A stretch of DNA of 64,000 bases from Eledone cirrhosa (GCA_964016885.1 OZ024741.1:201872001-201936000), one strand, 5' to 3'. Shown: positions 38,665 to 53,608, counted from the stretch's first letter. Numbers and translations: made by a program. Notes: generated by a model not told the origin, from the sequence alone.

Positions 38665-39900
38665 ATTTCTGGAAGACCTGCTGCAGCGTAAATATTTGGT
38701 AGGCTGTCCTACATCCGGGGTGAAAACCTCACTGTTTAAGCTAGCTTGGACTTAAAAATCTCCCCGCATTTCTTTACCAGCCACTTAGCATAGACTTTAC
38801 CAGGGTTGGGGAGGGGCAGGGGGATTAACTAGGAGATCCTTCTGTAATTGGAACAATCTATCTAGTCTCTTTTTTGAAAATTGGGATTATCACTCGTGAT
38901 TGCCGTTGCTTAGATGCTTTTCCAGATATCCAGGCCACCTGGCACATACGAGTCAGCCAGAGAATACCTTCTGTATTTAAGGCTTTTAACATCTCAGGAT
39001 GGATTTCATTCTCCTCAGTGGCCTTGACACATTTGAACTCTTGAACTGATCTTGTGACCTCAGCCTCCAAGGATTTAGTCATCCCAGATACACCTCATGT
39101 ACATCTGAAGATGCTGTTGTGATCAGGTTTAGGAGATCAGCAAAGTATTCTCTCTACCTTGCGAGGATGCACCTCTCTGAAGAGAGAACCCCGGTGCGTC
39201 AATGATAGCAGATGTGGATGATCTACCAGAACACTTTATTTTCTGGTCTGAAGTTAAATTCCAGCTTAATCCCAAAGTCCTCCCATGGATGCCTTCACTG
39301 TCTCTGTTGCAATGTTTTGTGCATGTTTGTACTGCAAATGTAAGAAGGAGGACTTCTTTCCGAGCCAAGCTTTGTAGGCCTTCTTCCTTGCTTGGAGTGC
39401 ATCCATTGCCACACCAAACCTCTTTTGCCCACAGCATTTAACAGTTGAAGCATAAACTGCTGAGCTGAACAATCTCCACTCCATTTCAACAGTTTGCTCA
39501 GGGAGTTCTCTGAATTTGGATGCAATAGTATCTGCATACCTGGTCCTGACTTGGAGTAATGTCACTCAATAGAGTGTAACTTGGAGATCAGAGAGTCACT
39601 CCAGATAGAGCTGCTAATTGTCCGAATTTAGAGATCACAGCTCTGATACTATGAGCATCTGGTTAAAATGTCCAATGAAAGAATCACTGGACAGATTTTA
39701 CGAGCAAAACCAGCCAGCAGGAGACCCAGGGGTAGACTCTGAAGAAGATGGTTGGATAACATCCTTGAGCGTGGCTGGTCTCACTTGGGGATCCAGCCAG
39801 ATCAGTTGGAGACGGTTGTTTCTGACAGGATCTGCTTGAAGGAGTGTTTGAGAACTTTGCTCCCATGACCCTCTCAGGAATAAGTGAGTGAAGAAGAAGA
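38665..39900. mobile_element. RTE fragments (38665-39570 minus, 39575-39900 plus)
   Basis: EIHPEMLKAL..WLTRMCQVAW..VIIPIFKK; 3' end matches 25120-25370. Confidence 0.75.
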
Positions 39901-40449
39901 TATTAAAGAACCATTTCAGGATATTTGAAGCTATATGCTTAGTATAAGGTGAATTAAACTATGTGGTGAGCCTTTTACGGTTAAACTACTACCTAAAGTT
40001 GAGGTGTAATTATCTAATGGCTGTAAGTTGTGTGAGGGAAAACAGAAATTCAATTCATTATTGTTGCTATGAGAATCGTTATTTAGGGATATCAATATTT
40101 AGGGATATCAAGGAACTTACTAGAGATATTATGAATTTGTGTTGAATTTGAAAGTTTATGCTGTATCATACCTTTCCTTCTCGCCTTACTTAAATACTTA
40201 TACTTATGGTTCACATCTCTATTGTTGTTGACGTATAAACGATCTTTCATACTTACACTAACCCTATTAGTCTTAATAGATGGAGTATTGACATGGTCAA
40301 TAGCTTTATTGTTTCAATCATCTAGGTTTGATTCTATATCAAGGCCATACTTATTCAATACTACTATTTCAATAACACAATCAAAATGTGTTCCCACACT
40401 TTTTTAGCACTAAACCAATATATATACTGCTAGTATATATAATGCTAGT

Positions 40450-41225
40450 ATGTGTAGTCCGTATATTGATATTATACGCAAGTATATATATATACATGTA
40501 GATATGATACATCAAAATAAAATCATAATTGACAATATATAATACATAGAAATTGAACGAAGACTGTGTTACACTGTCATATTTAATCAGTAACGTAATC
40601 CATGATACATTAAAAAAAGACGATATTATATATAAACTGCATTAGGAGAAAATTAGTGACAGAAATATATGAATATTTATTTAAACGATCGTTAACCGGA
40701 AGTGGTGACATTTGAAAATTTTAAAGAAGTGAATCTTTAAATAAGTAATAAAATATATTTAATAAACAGCCACGAAATTTAGTAGATAAATTATGTAATA
40801 TTCATTCATTATTTATTCAAAGTAATCCAACTTATTTTACTAAGGGGATAAAAAATTATAAACAGTACGCAGTCCCGCGCTTCTTACTTTATTATAGTTT
40901 AGATTGTAACAAAAGTGTTAAATATTATTATTAGTGTTACATATTCAATAGGAATTTATGTTGTGTCATCATAGATTAAGTGCCATATCTTTGATTGTTG
41001 ATAATTTACAGTTCTTTTGCCTATTTTTATTAAAAATTTTAAATCAATATTGTAAAGTACATCAAAAGCAACACTATCACCAATGTACTATTTAAAAAAG
41101 AGGGTTGTTCGCAAAAGTTCTTTGTTAGATATAAAGACAGATTTTTTTATGGTAGTAAATGGAAAGGGTGTGTCAAATTTGTAAAAGTTTAGCTGCACTA
41201 AAATCCTGAATTCCACTATTTGACC
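40450..41225. repeat. Second copy of the 30820-31581 segment
   Basis: Direct sequence match. Confidence 0.9.
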
Positions 41226-41268
41226 GCCACAAAATTTAGTAGATAAATTATGTAATATTCATTCATTA

Positions 41269-41372
41269 TCCCGCCGAGGTTGACTTTGCCTTTCATCCTT
41301 ACGGGGTCGATAAAATAAAGTACCAGTAATGCACTGGGTATTTGCTGGCCCTGTGCCTAAAGTAGAAACAAT
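41269..41372 (+). mobile_element. Meta-type SINE fragment inserted in a partial repeat copy
   Basis: CCCGCCGAGGTTGACTTTGCCTTTCATCCTTACGGGGTCGATAAA. Confidence 0.8.
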
Positions 41373-41451
41373 TATTTAAGTAATCCAACTTATTTTACTA
41401 TTAGGATAAAAAATTATAAACTGTATGCAGTCCCACGCTCCTTACTTTATT

Positions 41452-41600
<149 letters not shown>

Positions 41601-42899
41601 TTCCCCTTTTTTTATTTCTCCGTTATATTTTTTCCATTCATCCTTATTGAAATATGCGTTAGAAGAATAGTGTTATAATTATCTATGTGATGGGTGGACT
41701 GGCAGTATTGGTAAATTATCAGACAACATGCTTTGCACACATAGAAGTTACTGCTAGCTCTCACTGCGTGCACAACCATTTGTTGCCATCTGTTGGCGTG
41801 CTACAGTCTAGTCCAGAAACGTTTTGATACCACCTTGTATATATATCTACCAATTCACTAAATTGGCAGAGATGTTGCAGAGTAGGAGAAAATCATTTGT
41901 GGCATCTGTTCTGGCTTTTTACATTTCTACACTCTGATTTAAAATCCTGCCAACATCAACTTTGTTTTTCCTCCTTTTGTGGGGATGGGGCAGTAAAATA
42001 AGCAACAACCCAGAGCAGTGAGTTAGAAAATGTTTTAGAGCATTGGACAAAATGCTATGTTATATTTGCTCTGGTTCTTTGCATTTAGAGTTAAAATCCC
42101 ACTGTAGCCTATATGAGTTGTAAAATTTAATATGTCACCTAGTTTAACCCCATATTCGAGATTTTTATCTAAATAATATTGATTTATCATTTTGGCTTAA
42201 CTACTCAGATTTAATCATTGATTTAATTGACTAAATTGACATTTATTTGTTCGTAATTCATTGATCTTCAAATGATGGTAGTTAAAAACAAAACAGTAAC
42301 TAAATCCTTTGAACTACTTATTCTGACCATCTATAGTATATTCCAACATAGAGCTTCCACATTAACATTTGTAGTGAACAGCTGTATACTCATTAAACCT
42401 GGCCTATATTAAATTATATCACTTAGGATGTTATAAAAACCTTGCAAGATCATAAAGATCCAATTGGTATGTTCAATGTTCAAAAGCCTATGAAGTAGAA
42501 TAGACTAAACTGGTTTGGTTACCTGCAGTGCACAAGTGAGGTCAGAAGGTAAAAATAATGTTCAGTTTTCATGCCCTCTCATTGAACCAAAGAAATGCTG
42601 GAAGGGCACAATGCTAGTATCTCAATATCAAAGTTGGGTTGGTATGCAACTGAGAAATCAGAAGTAAGATGTGAACATTAGATCCATACATGAATGAGGA
42701 GGTAATATTAAATGAAAAATTGAAGTAGTAGCAACAGAATATGTATGTGGTAAAAGGAAGTATCCTAGTTGGATTGTTTATCGATATAGACGTGAGGGAA
42801 GGTCCCTCGTCTATTTACCATTTTTTGTAAGTGAGAATTATAACAAGTGAGTGTGTGTGTACGTAAACAAGACAATAACCACAACGAGAGTTATATTCA

Positions 42900-44585
42900 A
42901 CAAATGTAAATAATGGTGATGTTTACTTTGTTTATATGTATTTATTATATTACAAATGAAACATACCAAATATATACGTGATCCAGATGTGGTGAAGGGA
43001 AGTATTACAATTACAAAGGTATTGTGGTGTTTGCTGTTCCCGATGGCTGTTTATCGTTTCGTGGTACAGAGGCTGTTTTCTGTGGCATGTATACCGTCTG
43101 CTTTCCCCTGGCTGTCTGCTTTCCTCGGGTTTTCTCAACCAGGGGGAGACAACTAGGCCTGGTCCATTATCCGCCAGGGGGCGTAAAGGCGTCTTACTAC
43201 AGTACTCCCTGCCAGATTTTCAAATCATCTAAAATCGATGTTATTACTCACACGTTGAGTAAGATGGCGAACAATGCAACAAGGGGGAGCTATTTGCTCT
43301 ACCAATCGTTGAATCCAGAATAAGGATTTGAAAAATGTTTAAAAAAAAAAATCTGCATGCATAAAAAAAAAGCAAAGAAAAAGCAGAAACACAGAAGCAA
43401 AAAAAAATGGTGCAGCTAACACAGTCTAAATATAGACGGTGCTAAAAAATTTTTGGGGCCAGTGGACCCTACGACCTGAACGGGTCGTGGTCTTGTAACG
43501 TGGCGATGGTGGTGGTGTAGGGACAGGCGATGATGATGGTTCAGGAATAGGCGTTCGCTCAACAGGCAAATACGAAGGGGTTCGTGGATCAGGAACCACA
43601 GCGTCCGTGTCAAGGTGTGCCTGCTTAAGCCTGTCTATTGTAACTGTCTCCCTGGACCCTTTAATATCTAAAGTGAAATGCTTAGCCGAGCGCGCTAAGA
43701 CACGGTAAGGTCCAGTGTAAGGCTGTGTGAGCGGGGGCTTCACAGAATCTTTCCTTACAAAGACATGCGTCCACGAGGCAACATCCCTCGGGACAGCATT
43801 CTTGACAGTTTGTTTCCATTGGCGGCAAATCCTGGAAATAGGAGCGCAAACGGGACACGTAGGAAGCGTGATCTTGGGCATTAAGATCGATAGGGGCAAG
43901 CATTTGCTCGGGCAACGTCAGAGGGGCACCGTACAGTACTTCGGCCGGTGAAAATCCAAAGTCGACTTTCACCGTTGACCGAATCCCTAGTAGCACAATA
44001 GGGAGGTACTCGCTCCAATGCGCCGAGTCCATTGAGGCCATTAAGGAGGCCTTCAGTTGTCGGTGAAAACGCTCCACTATACCATTCGAAGCGGGATGGT
44101 ACGCCGTAGTTCTGATGCGTTTAGCACCAATTAATTTTGACAGTTCGAGGAAAAGGCTCGACTCGAACTGTCGTCCACGGTCGGTAGTTACTGTGGATGG
44201 AATTCCATAACGAGAGATCCATCCAGACACAAGAGCACGCGCTGTTGTCTCAGCGGTGATGTTTTTCAAGGGGATGGCTTCAGGCCATCTCGAAAAACGG
44301 TCAATTATGGTCAGCAGATAAGAATAACCATCGCTGACAGGCCAAGGTCCCACTATATCAATATGAATGTGCGAAAAACGCGCATCTGGGTTAGTAAAGG
44401 TACCCAGGGGAGCCTTGACGTGTCGATTGACCTTTGGTTTCTGGCAAGCGACGCAGAAACGGCACCAAGCTGCAATTTCACGCCTCATATTTGGCCAGAA
44501 AAATCTAGCTGATATGAGCTTTGCTGTGGCAGAAGATCCTGGATGCGAGAAACCATGTAATGCCAGAAACACGGTCCGACGATTA
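42900..44585 (-). mobile_element. Gypsy/Ty3 3' fragment: integrase, PPT and 3' LTR (left boundary uncertain)
   Basis: HHCC (HGFSHPG..CVAC), [38 protein letters not shown]; GGCAGGGAGTAC then TGTAGT near 43200. Confidence 0.9.
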
Positions 44586-45234
44586 TTCGTCTGTCCCCTC
44601 TCTATCTCTCTCTCTACATCCATTACACTCTCTCTCTCTCTTGCCTTTGGCCTAACTCCCTCCCTCTCCACATCTATGAACCTGCCCTCTGGGGCAATAA
44701 ATAATTCCGACCTTAACTATCAACGCATCTCTCCAAAAGTAACCAGTATAATAAAACCCCTACCATAACATTTTGATTAAGATATCTACAAACCACTCTC
44801 TTCTATTTCTCCTACCCCTGCATATCTTTCTCTCTCTCTCCCTCTCCCCTACTTTTCTCTCTTCCTTTTCTACTCTATCTTCTTCAACAACCCCACTTAA
44901 GGGTATTTACATTGTACATTTTAACCATTCTGCTCTGAGGATACAGTGGTCACAGCATTGGATATTTGAGTTCTGCAAATAGTTGTAAATTTGCACATAG
45001 CATAACTAGGCTGTAGTACCACCGTGGAAACATTTGTAAGCACACGGAATAAATTACCTTTTTATGATGTCTACCTGTTATTATTCATTCTTTATATACA
45101 CTCCGGAATACAGAAGGATCAGGAACTAAGTTTCTTCAACAATTCTTCCATAACTCGTAGAGTAACCTCTCACCGTACGTCAACCATATCCAGTGTAGTA
45201 ATTAACCATTACTACATCTAGGATAATCCTATAC

Positions 45235-45333
<99 letters not shown>

Positions 45334-45452
45334 TAGTTAAACCAGAATGAGTTTTACAGTAGATTGGAAGCACTTTACAAAAAATAATTTTCCAGAATTA
45401 TTAATATTAATATATAAATATTAATAAAAAAGATGTTCTTTTGATCAATTAC

Positions 45453-45505
45453 ATTTTATTATACATATTTCGGATGTACAACAGTACGTCTTCATCAGAC
45501 AAAAT
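45453..45505 (-). ncRNA. Type I hammerhead ribozyme (left arm)
   Basis: ATTTTGT-CTGATGA-AGACGTAC(TGTT)GTACATCC-GAA-ATATGTAT-A-ATAAAAT. Confidence 0.8.
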
Positions 45506-45848
45506 ACAATGATACATGACATACCCTGAGATGTTAAATGGTTAAGATTTAATCAAGGTAGTAATTAACCAAAGAGAAAATTTAACATTATACCCTAATA
45601 ATGAGAAAATGCGAAAACGTAATAAATTCAATAGAGAAAGTGCGAGTAAATTGTATCATACATCTTAATATCTCTATAACTGTTACATTAAGCAACGTTT
45701 TTCTTATTCGCACTTTCTCTATTGAATTTATTACGTTTTCGCATTTTCTCATTATTAGGGTATAAATGTTAAATTTTCTCTTTAGTTAATCACTACCTTG
45801 ATTAAATCTTAACCATTTAACATCTCAGGGTATGTCATGTATCATTAT

Positions 45849-45901
45849 ATTTTGTCTAATGAGGGCGTACTGTTGTACATCCGAAATATGTTTAATAAAA
45901 T
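45849..45901 (+). ncRNA. Type I hammerhead (right arm, G5A core mutation)
   Basis: ATTTTGT-CTAATGA-GGGCGTAC(TGTT)GTACATCC-GAA-ATATGTTT-A-ATAAAAT. Confidence 0.7.
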
Positions 45902-45959
45902 GTAATTGATCAAAAGAACATCTATTTTATTAATATTTATATATTAATATATATATATA

Positions 45960-46412
<453 letters not shown>

Positions 46413-46995
46413 CTAGAAATATCGGGTGCCAGGAGATGAAGGGGGCCCACCAACATAGAGAATGCTATCATTTAATTTTGATTTTGAAAGTAGGTTTATA
46501 ATTATTAATTTTCCTTATACTTTTGTAGCTGTCTCGGTGGCCTACTTGGGGAATCATAGACGGGGGTGATCCTGATCTTAAGTTTGATCGGGAGTAGGGT
46601 TCCCGGTAAACCTTTTCAGTCTTTTTTTCCTATGGGATGCAAAATAAAAACTGACCCCAAGACTAGGATCTCCACCGTTTCTAGTACCTACCACTAGGCT
46701 ACTGAGACAACTACGAAAATCTATTGAAAATTCATACTTTCAAAATTTTCAAAACAAAATGATGTGATGTTAACTAAATGCTTTGCTTAATTGTTTTATT
46801 TATTTAAAAAAAAAAAAACAATTAAGCAAAGCATTTATTTTATCCTTTCTCTTAGACTTCAGGTAATTTTTTAAAGCTAAGCATTGGCCCCTAAAATACT
46901 AGTGGGCTCTGCAATGCTACCATTGGGCAACCTGGTAACCTGGACAGTATATATATATATATATATATACATATATATGTATATATATATATATA

Positions 46996-47998
46996 TCATT
47001 ATCTATAAAAGGCAGATTGTTGTTGTTGTGTGTGTGTGCGTTCCATGTTTATAGATTTGCACAATTTCAAACCGATTCGACTCAAAGTCTGTAAGAATGT
47101 TGTAAATAGGTCAACGACTATTTATTTCATTCAAACTCACCCACAATTACGGAAATAATCGATAAAACTAAATACATGACGCTTTGCCCCTCTAATACAA
47201 TCTGATTTACTCTCTCTACTCCCCTTCAAATTCGATAAAACTACATACATGCTTACAAACTTCCTTTAGGAACGCCGAAGAGAGAGAGAAGGGAGTGAGA
47301 GGGAGAGAGAGAGAGAACGTTTGTTTTTGAATGTGGAATGGTTAAACATTTTTTACTTCAATGACAAAGAGAACTTATTACATTTCATACGAAACAACAA
47401 TTATTCAAAAGCAACAGATAAATGTATTCAACAACAACAAAAATAGCGATAAATCTTTTTTAAAACCACTCAACGAACGTGGAAGAAAGAAGTATCAGTT
47501 TATTTACTATACACAATAATATTCTCTATGAGGTCACTAAACCTGCTAGAAACAGCAGCTAACTCTCCCCCATATCACACTCCTCCCTACTGTCTTAAAT
47601 TTAGAAAACATATCCTCTATGAGGTCACTAAACCTGCTAGAAACAGCAGCTAACTCTCTCCCATATCACACCACTCCCTACTATCTTAAATTTAGAAAAC
47701 ACACATTAGACAACCATGCAGAACAACTCCATCGCAACTCTGTTGCTCGGCTGGCATGGTCTACGCGCGTGTTGCGCAAGTACTGTGAAACAATAAATTT
47801 CAACACTTCTTTGCACAGAGATAATATCCATAGGCGAAACTACAATTGTCACTGCTGGCGCAGCTCCTGCTTCGGCAGTCCAGGTCTGCAATTCATTTAC
47901 CCAGTGCCTGGCAGACAAAAAAGTGGTGCCATAAAATGGGTGGTGCAACCTAACTTTCGTAACTTACTGACCCCGAGCAACGCCGGGCTTTAATGCTA

Positions 47999-47999
<1 letters not shown>
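46996..47999 (+). mobile_element. Non-autonomous Helitron
   Basis: 5' A|TC start; 3' hairpin CCCG-AGCAACGC-CGGG then CTAG|T; inserted in (TA)n with no TSD. Confidence 0.85.
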
Positions 48000-48084
<85 letters not shown>

Positions 48085-48232
48085 GTTAGAACACGAAAAG
48101 TGTGAAACAACAGAATGTTCACTTTTCGTGTTCTAACATATATGCCTAGCTTCTTCATAAATTTTTCGGGGATAGCCGTGGTGGTGGTGATCGTATGTCA
48201 TTGGCTAATTTTCAACCAATCAGAGTAAGTGT

Positions 48233-48266
<34 letters not shown>

Positions 48267-49595
48267 TATTCCCCCTCTCTCTATATATATCTTACGCTTT
48301 CGCTTTACACTCCTCCCCTTCAATAACACATTTCCCCCTCTCTATATATCTCTTCCACTGTTACTTACGCCTGTTTCTCTCTATCTGTTCCGTCTCTATA
48401 TATATCTCTCTTACTCTTTGCACTCCTCCCCTTCAATACCATCTCTCCCCCTCTCTATATATTTGTTACTCTATCGCTGCACGCTCCTCTCCTTCAATAT
48501 ATCAATTACACACGCTTTACACTCCTTTATCCCCAGCGCCCCTATATATATACACCCCCCTCCCGCATCTATATTTTAATGTTCCGTTGCACCGTGAATA
48601 TATGTGCCTATATATATATACATATATATTGTATATACACATTCATGTATGTGTATACACACTCATGTATGTATATACACTGGTTTTATGTGTGTTATGT
48701 GTGTATTGTAAATTTGTACTGTTAAAACACGAAACTAACATTCGATTGACACTTTGATTACCTGTACAGGCAATAGTTATTAGAATGCTGTTGAAGTGTG
48801 TATATATTTTTGGGGGACATCCTGTATATACACACATTATATATAATACAATAAACAGATAAATACACACATATATATATATGAGCTTATTTAATTATAA
48901 ATATTGTGAATTTTTAACTCAGTTCAATTATATATATAAATGGCTTCTACAGGACTAGAACTGTTTCATTCGAAAGAAATCATCATAATATTGAGAGGAG
49001 GGACTAGATAAAATATTTCAAATCAAATGTGTATAAGCTATAAGTTAAAATGTATAAATAGAGACGATAGTGGAGGTATATCTGTTTAGTGGAACAGTAG
49101 ACGATAGAATTAAATACAGACGAGAATCTCCCTTTAATGAAACAGCAGACGATAGAATTAAGGCAATTTAAATTTTAAGCATTTGCATTTCATCGTTACG
49201 GGGTCGATAAAATAAAGTACCAGTAATACACTGTCACTATAAGTAGACGACTTTCAAATTGAATTGTTGGTTCCATTTCTTTAGTATTTTCAATTGTAGT
49301 TATCTACTTAAAAAGCGTTACACGGTTAGAGACATAATTGGTAAGTTATATCTTCCCTATTAAACCATTGCATTATTTCGCCTACAATAGAACAAAAATG
49401 AAATGTTCTTTAAAGAAACAGGAATATAACTTTATAAAAAAAAAAGTTGCATCCGCTTCTTTTATCATTGATAATTTTTTCGTTTTAATATTAATTGTTT
49501 TTTGTAGTTGTTTATATTAAAAATCTTACTGTAATATTTACTTAAACGAAGGCAGACATCTAAACTTATAGATTAATCTTGAGCGAAGGACTAGA

Positions 49596-49667
<72 letters not shown>

Positions 49668-49672
<5 letters not shown>

Positions 49673-49882
49673 GAAGAATGATAACATTTCAAGCAAAGAG
49701 TTTAATTAGGTAATGACTTACAAATTTGTTTCAGTATATATTTAATATAATATTAATATATTTTGTAATATTATTAACTAATTATTATAATTAGCGCTTC
49801 AGGCTTTGTCTATATACTGAAACAAATTTGTAAGTCATTACCTAATTAAACTCTTTGCTTGAAATTTTATCACTCTTCGTTT
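49668..49882. repeat. Inverted repeat with ~72-bp arms
   Basis: 49668-49740 vs 49811-49882. Confidence 0.85.
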
Positions 49883-50159
49883 TGAATTTCTCCTAAGTAT
49901 TTAATACTCTGTTGAGAAATACATTTTACATAAACAGTCTTTGTACCATTTATACGGTATTAATTACTTATATTTATATATATATATATATATAGCGTAT
50001 GATTAGAACTGTTTATTATTAATATTTTAATGGATTTAATGAAAAATTTTAGGTGTTCATATATATATTCTAAAAATGCGCGAAATCGTGAATCCGCGAT
50101 AGTTGAACCGCCAAGTAGCGAGGTATCACTGTATATATGTTTAAATATATAGTGTAGCT

Positions 50160-50624
50160 GTGATGTATCTCGCGAGTGAATCGAGACCTGTCACTGATTT
50201 TGGTGTCCCCACTGCCGATGTGAATGAGCAACGCTGCACTTGTGAATTGGGTCTTGATGTTGCAGGCAGTTCATATACTTACAATGATGCGGTCCCACAA
50301 GCTTGTTCACATTCCTGTGCTAATAATCTAGATGGGCGTATTAAATTGGATGTGAAAGCAGCTTACCGGATGCGGAATCGGGAGAAGTTGAGACAAAAAC
50401 AGGCCGATTATAGAGCTGTGAATTTTGCTAAATTAACACAAAAACAGGCCAAGTATAGATGTTCAAAACGGTATGAGTTGGCAAACAAGCAGGCCAAGTA
50501 TAGATCTGCAAATTCAGCTATTATATCTCAAAAGCAAGCCGAGCGTAGAGCTTCTAAACGTACCGAGTTGGCTAAAGAGCAGACCAAGTACAGATCTGCA
50601 AATATCTTATTGCACAAACAATAA
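50160..50624 (+). other. ORF relic with 15-aa basic repeats (KQAKYRxxN), possibly from a transposon such as a Helitron N-terminus
   Basis: RQKQADYR, TQKQAKYR, ANKQAKYR, SQKQAERR, AKEQTKYR at 15-aa spacing. Confidence 0.4.
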
Positions 50625-50834
50625 TTCTGCACAAATGTTGCTCCATTATTAGATCTAATGTTGCAACGATACAGTTAAATGTTGTCTGTGTATTTTAAAA
50701 AAGATTTGCTTATAATCTTTTCAAATTTCATTACGCCAATGATTCAAGCTCAAATTGACATTATCTAAAAAATTGTACAAACAGCGGTGGATTAGCAGTA
50801 GTGAACAGATAAATCAGTCAATTTATTAAGATTG

Positions 50835-51487
50835 ACTTGGCATCAATCAGCAAGACCTTCATTAGCTGCTCTCCAGCCATCTATTTAAAGCTGTATACAT
50901 CTATGGTACGAATACACTTGGAGTTCGCGTCATCAGTCTGGAACCCCTATCTTGCTCAGAACATTGACCTCCTGGAAACTGTTCAGAGACATGCAACCAA
51001 GCGCATACCCTCCATCAGACACCTACCATACCCTGAATATTTTGCTTCCCTCTGGCAATGGACTTGGTAAACACCCACAAAGTTATTAACCATCCGACCA
51101 ACAACAACCCCGAACACCTTTTTGATCTCCATGTGTCTAACACGTGGACATGCCTACAAAGTCAGAAAACAACACAGCTCCCATGACTTTAGGAAATATT
51201 TCTTCATGCTCAGAGTTGCTGAAGGATGGAACAAACTTCCTGCATCAGTTGTTAGCTGATGACACACTGCATCCTTTAAAACCATCATACATTCCGAAAT
51301 ACACCAAAACTACACCCGATGTCCCCCTTCCATACACATGCACATATGTGTATATCATGACTCATGCACTGTTCTTTTTTCATGACGTTTTTATATTACC
51401 CTATGTATTATATATGCACTTTTGATGAGTTGTAGTGCACCTCAGCATTGTACACAATATTTTCATTATTATTATCATTATTATTAT
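50835..51487 (+). mobile_element. CR1/L2-type LINE 3' fragment
   Basis: LYTSMVRIHLEFASSVWNPY..IDLLETVQRHATKRIP; (ATT)n tail. Confidence 0.88.
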
Positions 51488-52681
51488 TACACTCATTGAT
51501 CCATTTTGCACTAACTCTGCATCAAGCACCCTCACCTAAATATTAACCAATCAAGGATCCAATACAGCTATCTGTTGGATGAGTATTGTATAGTGCCAAA
51601 AACGAAACCAATCAGTTTAGCAGAAAGTTTCCAGACAAGAAACACGCATATTTTGCTATCCTCAAACACGTTTACACATGGCATGAAATATAACTAATCC
51701 GAGATGGCTAGATTTCATCTTCTAACTGGATATACGAAATCCATTATGTCTTGACAACAACATGAGGTAACATTATGTTATTCACAGACACACTTTGTAC
51801 ACTGTTCCATATCAGAATGTACTTCCTTCGTCACATTCACAAACAGTATTGAAAATATGTTCTTCGGCAAATAAAAATGTTTTGTTCATAATATTTCAAC
51901 TAGCGATTGCTCTACTCCACGCACGACCACCATAAATTAATGACCAGCTCAACACAAGTATTGGTAGAGCGTCAGACACCATGCTTTGCAGTATTGTTAT
52001 GGTCCTTTGCATTCTAAGTTCAAATCCTGCCGAGGTTAACTTCGACTTTCATACTTACTAATTCGATAAAATAAAGTACCAGTAATGGACTGCCGTAATG
52101 GATTTGTGCCGAAAAATAGAAACACTATTAATGTGCAATAAGAGCAAAATATAACGACATTGCTCAATTATTTTATCTAATGTTGTAATAACACAAGGAA
52201 ATGTTGTTTGTGTATTTTTTTTTAGATTTGCTCATAGGCTTTTACAATTTCGCTCAGCCAACAACTATTAAAAAGTGAGTTGCTTAAGATAACAATTTAA
52301 TCACAAATTGTTGCTATCTTTTAATACACTCCAACAAGTCATCAAATTATGTACAATAAAAACAAATCTTATTAATTTGCTCAGGGAATATAAAGAAAAT
52401 GTATATACACTGATAATTGCAATTGTATGTAAATATTTTGTTTTTGTATTGTTTATTTTATGTTTTCTATTATGTATAATATATTGATTTAATATTGATT
52501 GTTTTTTGTAGTTGTTTATATTAAAAGTCTGAAAATATTTTTATACATCTTACACTAATATTTATAAGATAATTTATAATAACAATTACATAATCTAATT
52601 ACATTACAACGATAATTTATTATTAATATATATCCTGTTTAACTAGAGTTATTACAAGCGTTGCCTTAAAAAAATATTAAA

Positions 52682-53608
52682 CTAGACATGAAAAATGCGC
52701 AAGCTCAAAAGTGCCACAGAATGTTATAATAAACCTTCAAAAGTGTGGGACTAGAGTTGTTGCTAAAAAATATTGTAATCATTATATATCGTACATTCTG
52801 TGGCATCCTTTATAAAAATAGCTTAAACCAACGAAGCCTTTATTTTTACGCTATTTCACTTAGTTAATTCTTAGAGTGTAACATATAAAAATAAATACAT
52901 CTATGTTTAATGTAATAACAGCTATAAATAATTACGTACAAAATAATCGTGTTGAAAATTAATATGATGCTTATATGAACGATCAAATCTATAATGATAA
53001 TTTCTTAAATATACTAATAGTAAAATAATTTAGTTATCTATTGTTACATTTTCATAGAACTATAATATTAACAATCGTATTGCATTATCAAATTTTTATC
53101 ACTACAAACTTTCATATTGGAATTACTTTAAGCCACTTATTATTACTTCGCTTTCGTACTTTTACAGCTGTAGATATTGCGCTGTATCTTATATCTAATA
53201 TCAATATCTCATGGTAATTTGCATGCAGTGTAAAATAGGTTTATTAATAACTTTAATATGAAATGTATTATACAGGGCTGCGGAGTCGGCCAAAAATTGA
53301 CTGGCTCCAACTCAGGATCCGATACTCCATTATTTCCTAAATTTCAGCTCCGCAGCTCTGTTATTATATTAATTAATTTATTTTATAGTTGTAAATCATA
53401 TTTTTATATGTTACACTCTAAGAATTAACTAAGTGAAATAGCGTAAAAATAAAGGCTTCGTTGGTTTAAGCTATTTTTATAAAGGATGCCACAGAATGTA
53501 CGATATATAATGATTACAATATTTTTTAGCAACAACGAGTCCCACACTTTTGAAGGTTTATTATAACATTCTGTGGCACTTTTGAGCTTGCGCATTTTTC
53601 ATGTCTAG
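52682..53608. repeat. Long inverted repeat with ~210-bp near-perfect arms (MITE/fold-back)
   Basis: 52682-52893 vs 53399-53608. Confidence 0.9.
53273..53360. mobile_element. Tiny hAT-like MITE
   Basis: TIR CAGGGCTGCGGAG / CTCCGCAGCTCTG; 8-bp TSD GTATTATA / TTATTATA (7 of 8 match). Confidence 0.65.

Larger units (their letters stand above)
45404..45950. mobile_element. Fold-back element with ~245-bp arms, each carrying a hammerhead
   Basis: 45404-45649 is the reverse complement of 45703-45950; ~54-bp spacer; (TA)n tracts nearby. Confidence 0.9.

Noticed and set aside
43682-44671. Domesticated integrase gene
   Set aside because: N-terminus comes from (GA)-rich simple sequence, the frame shifts before GPY, and PPT/LTR follow
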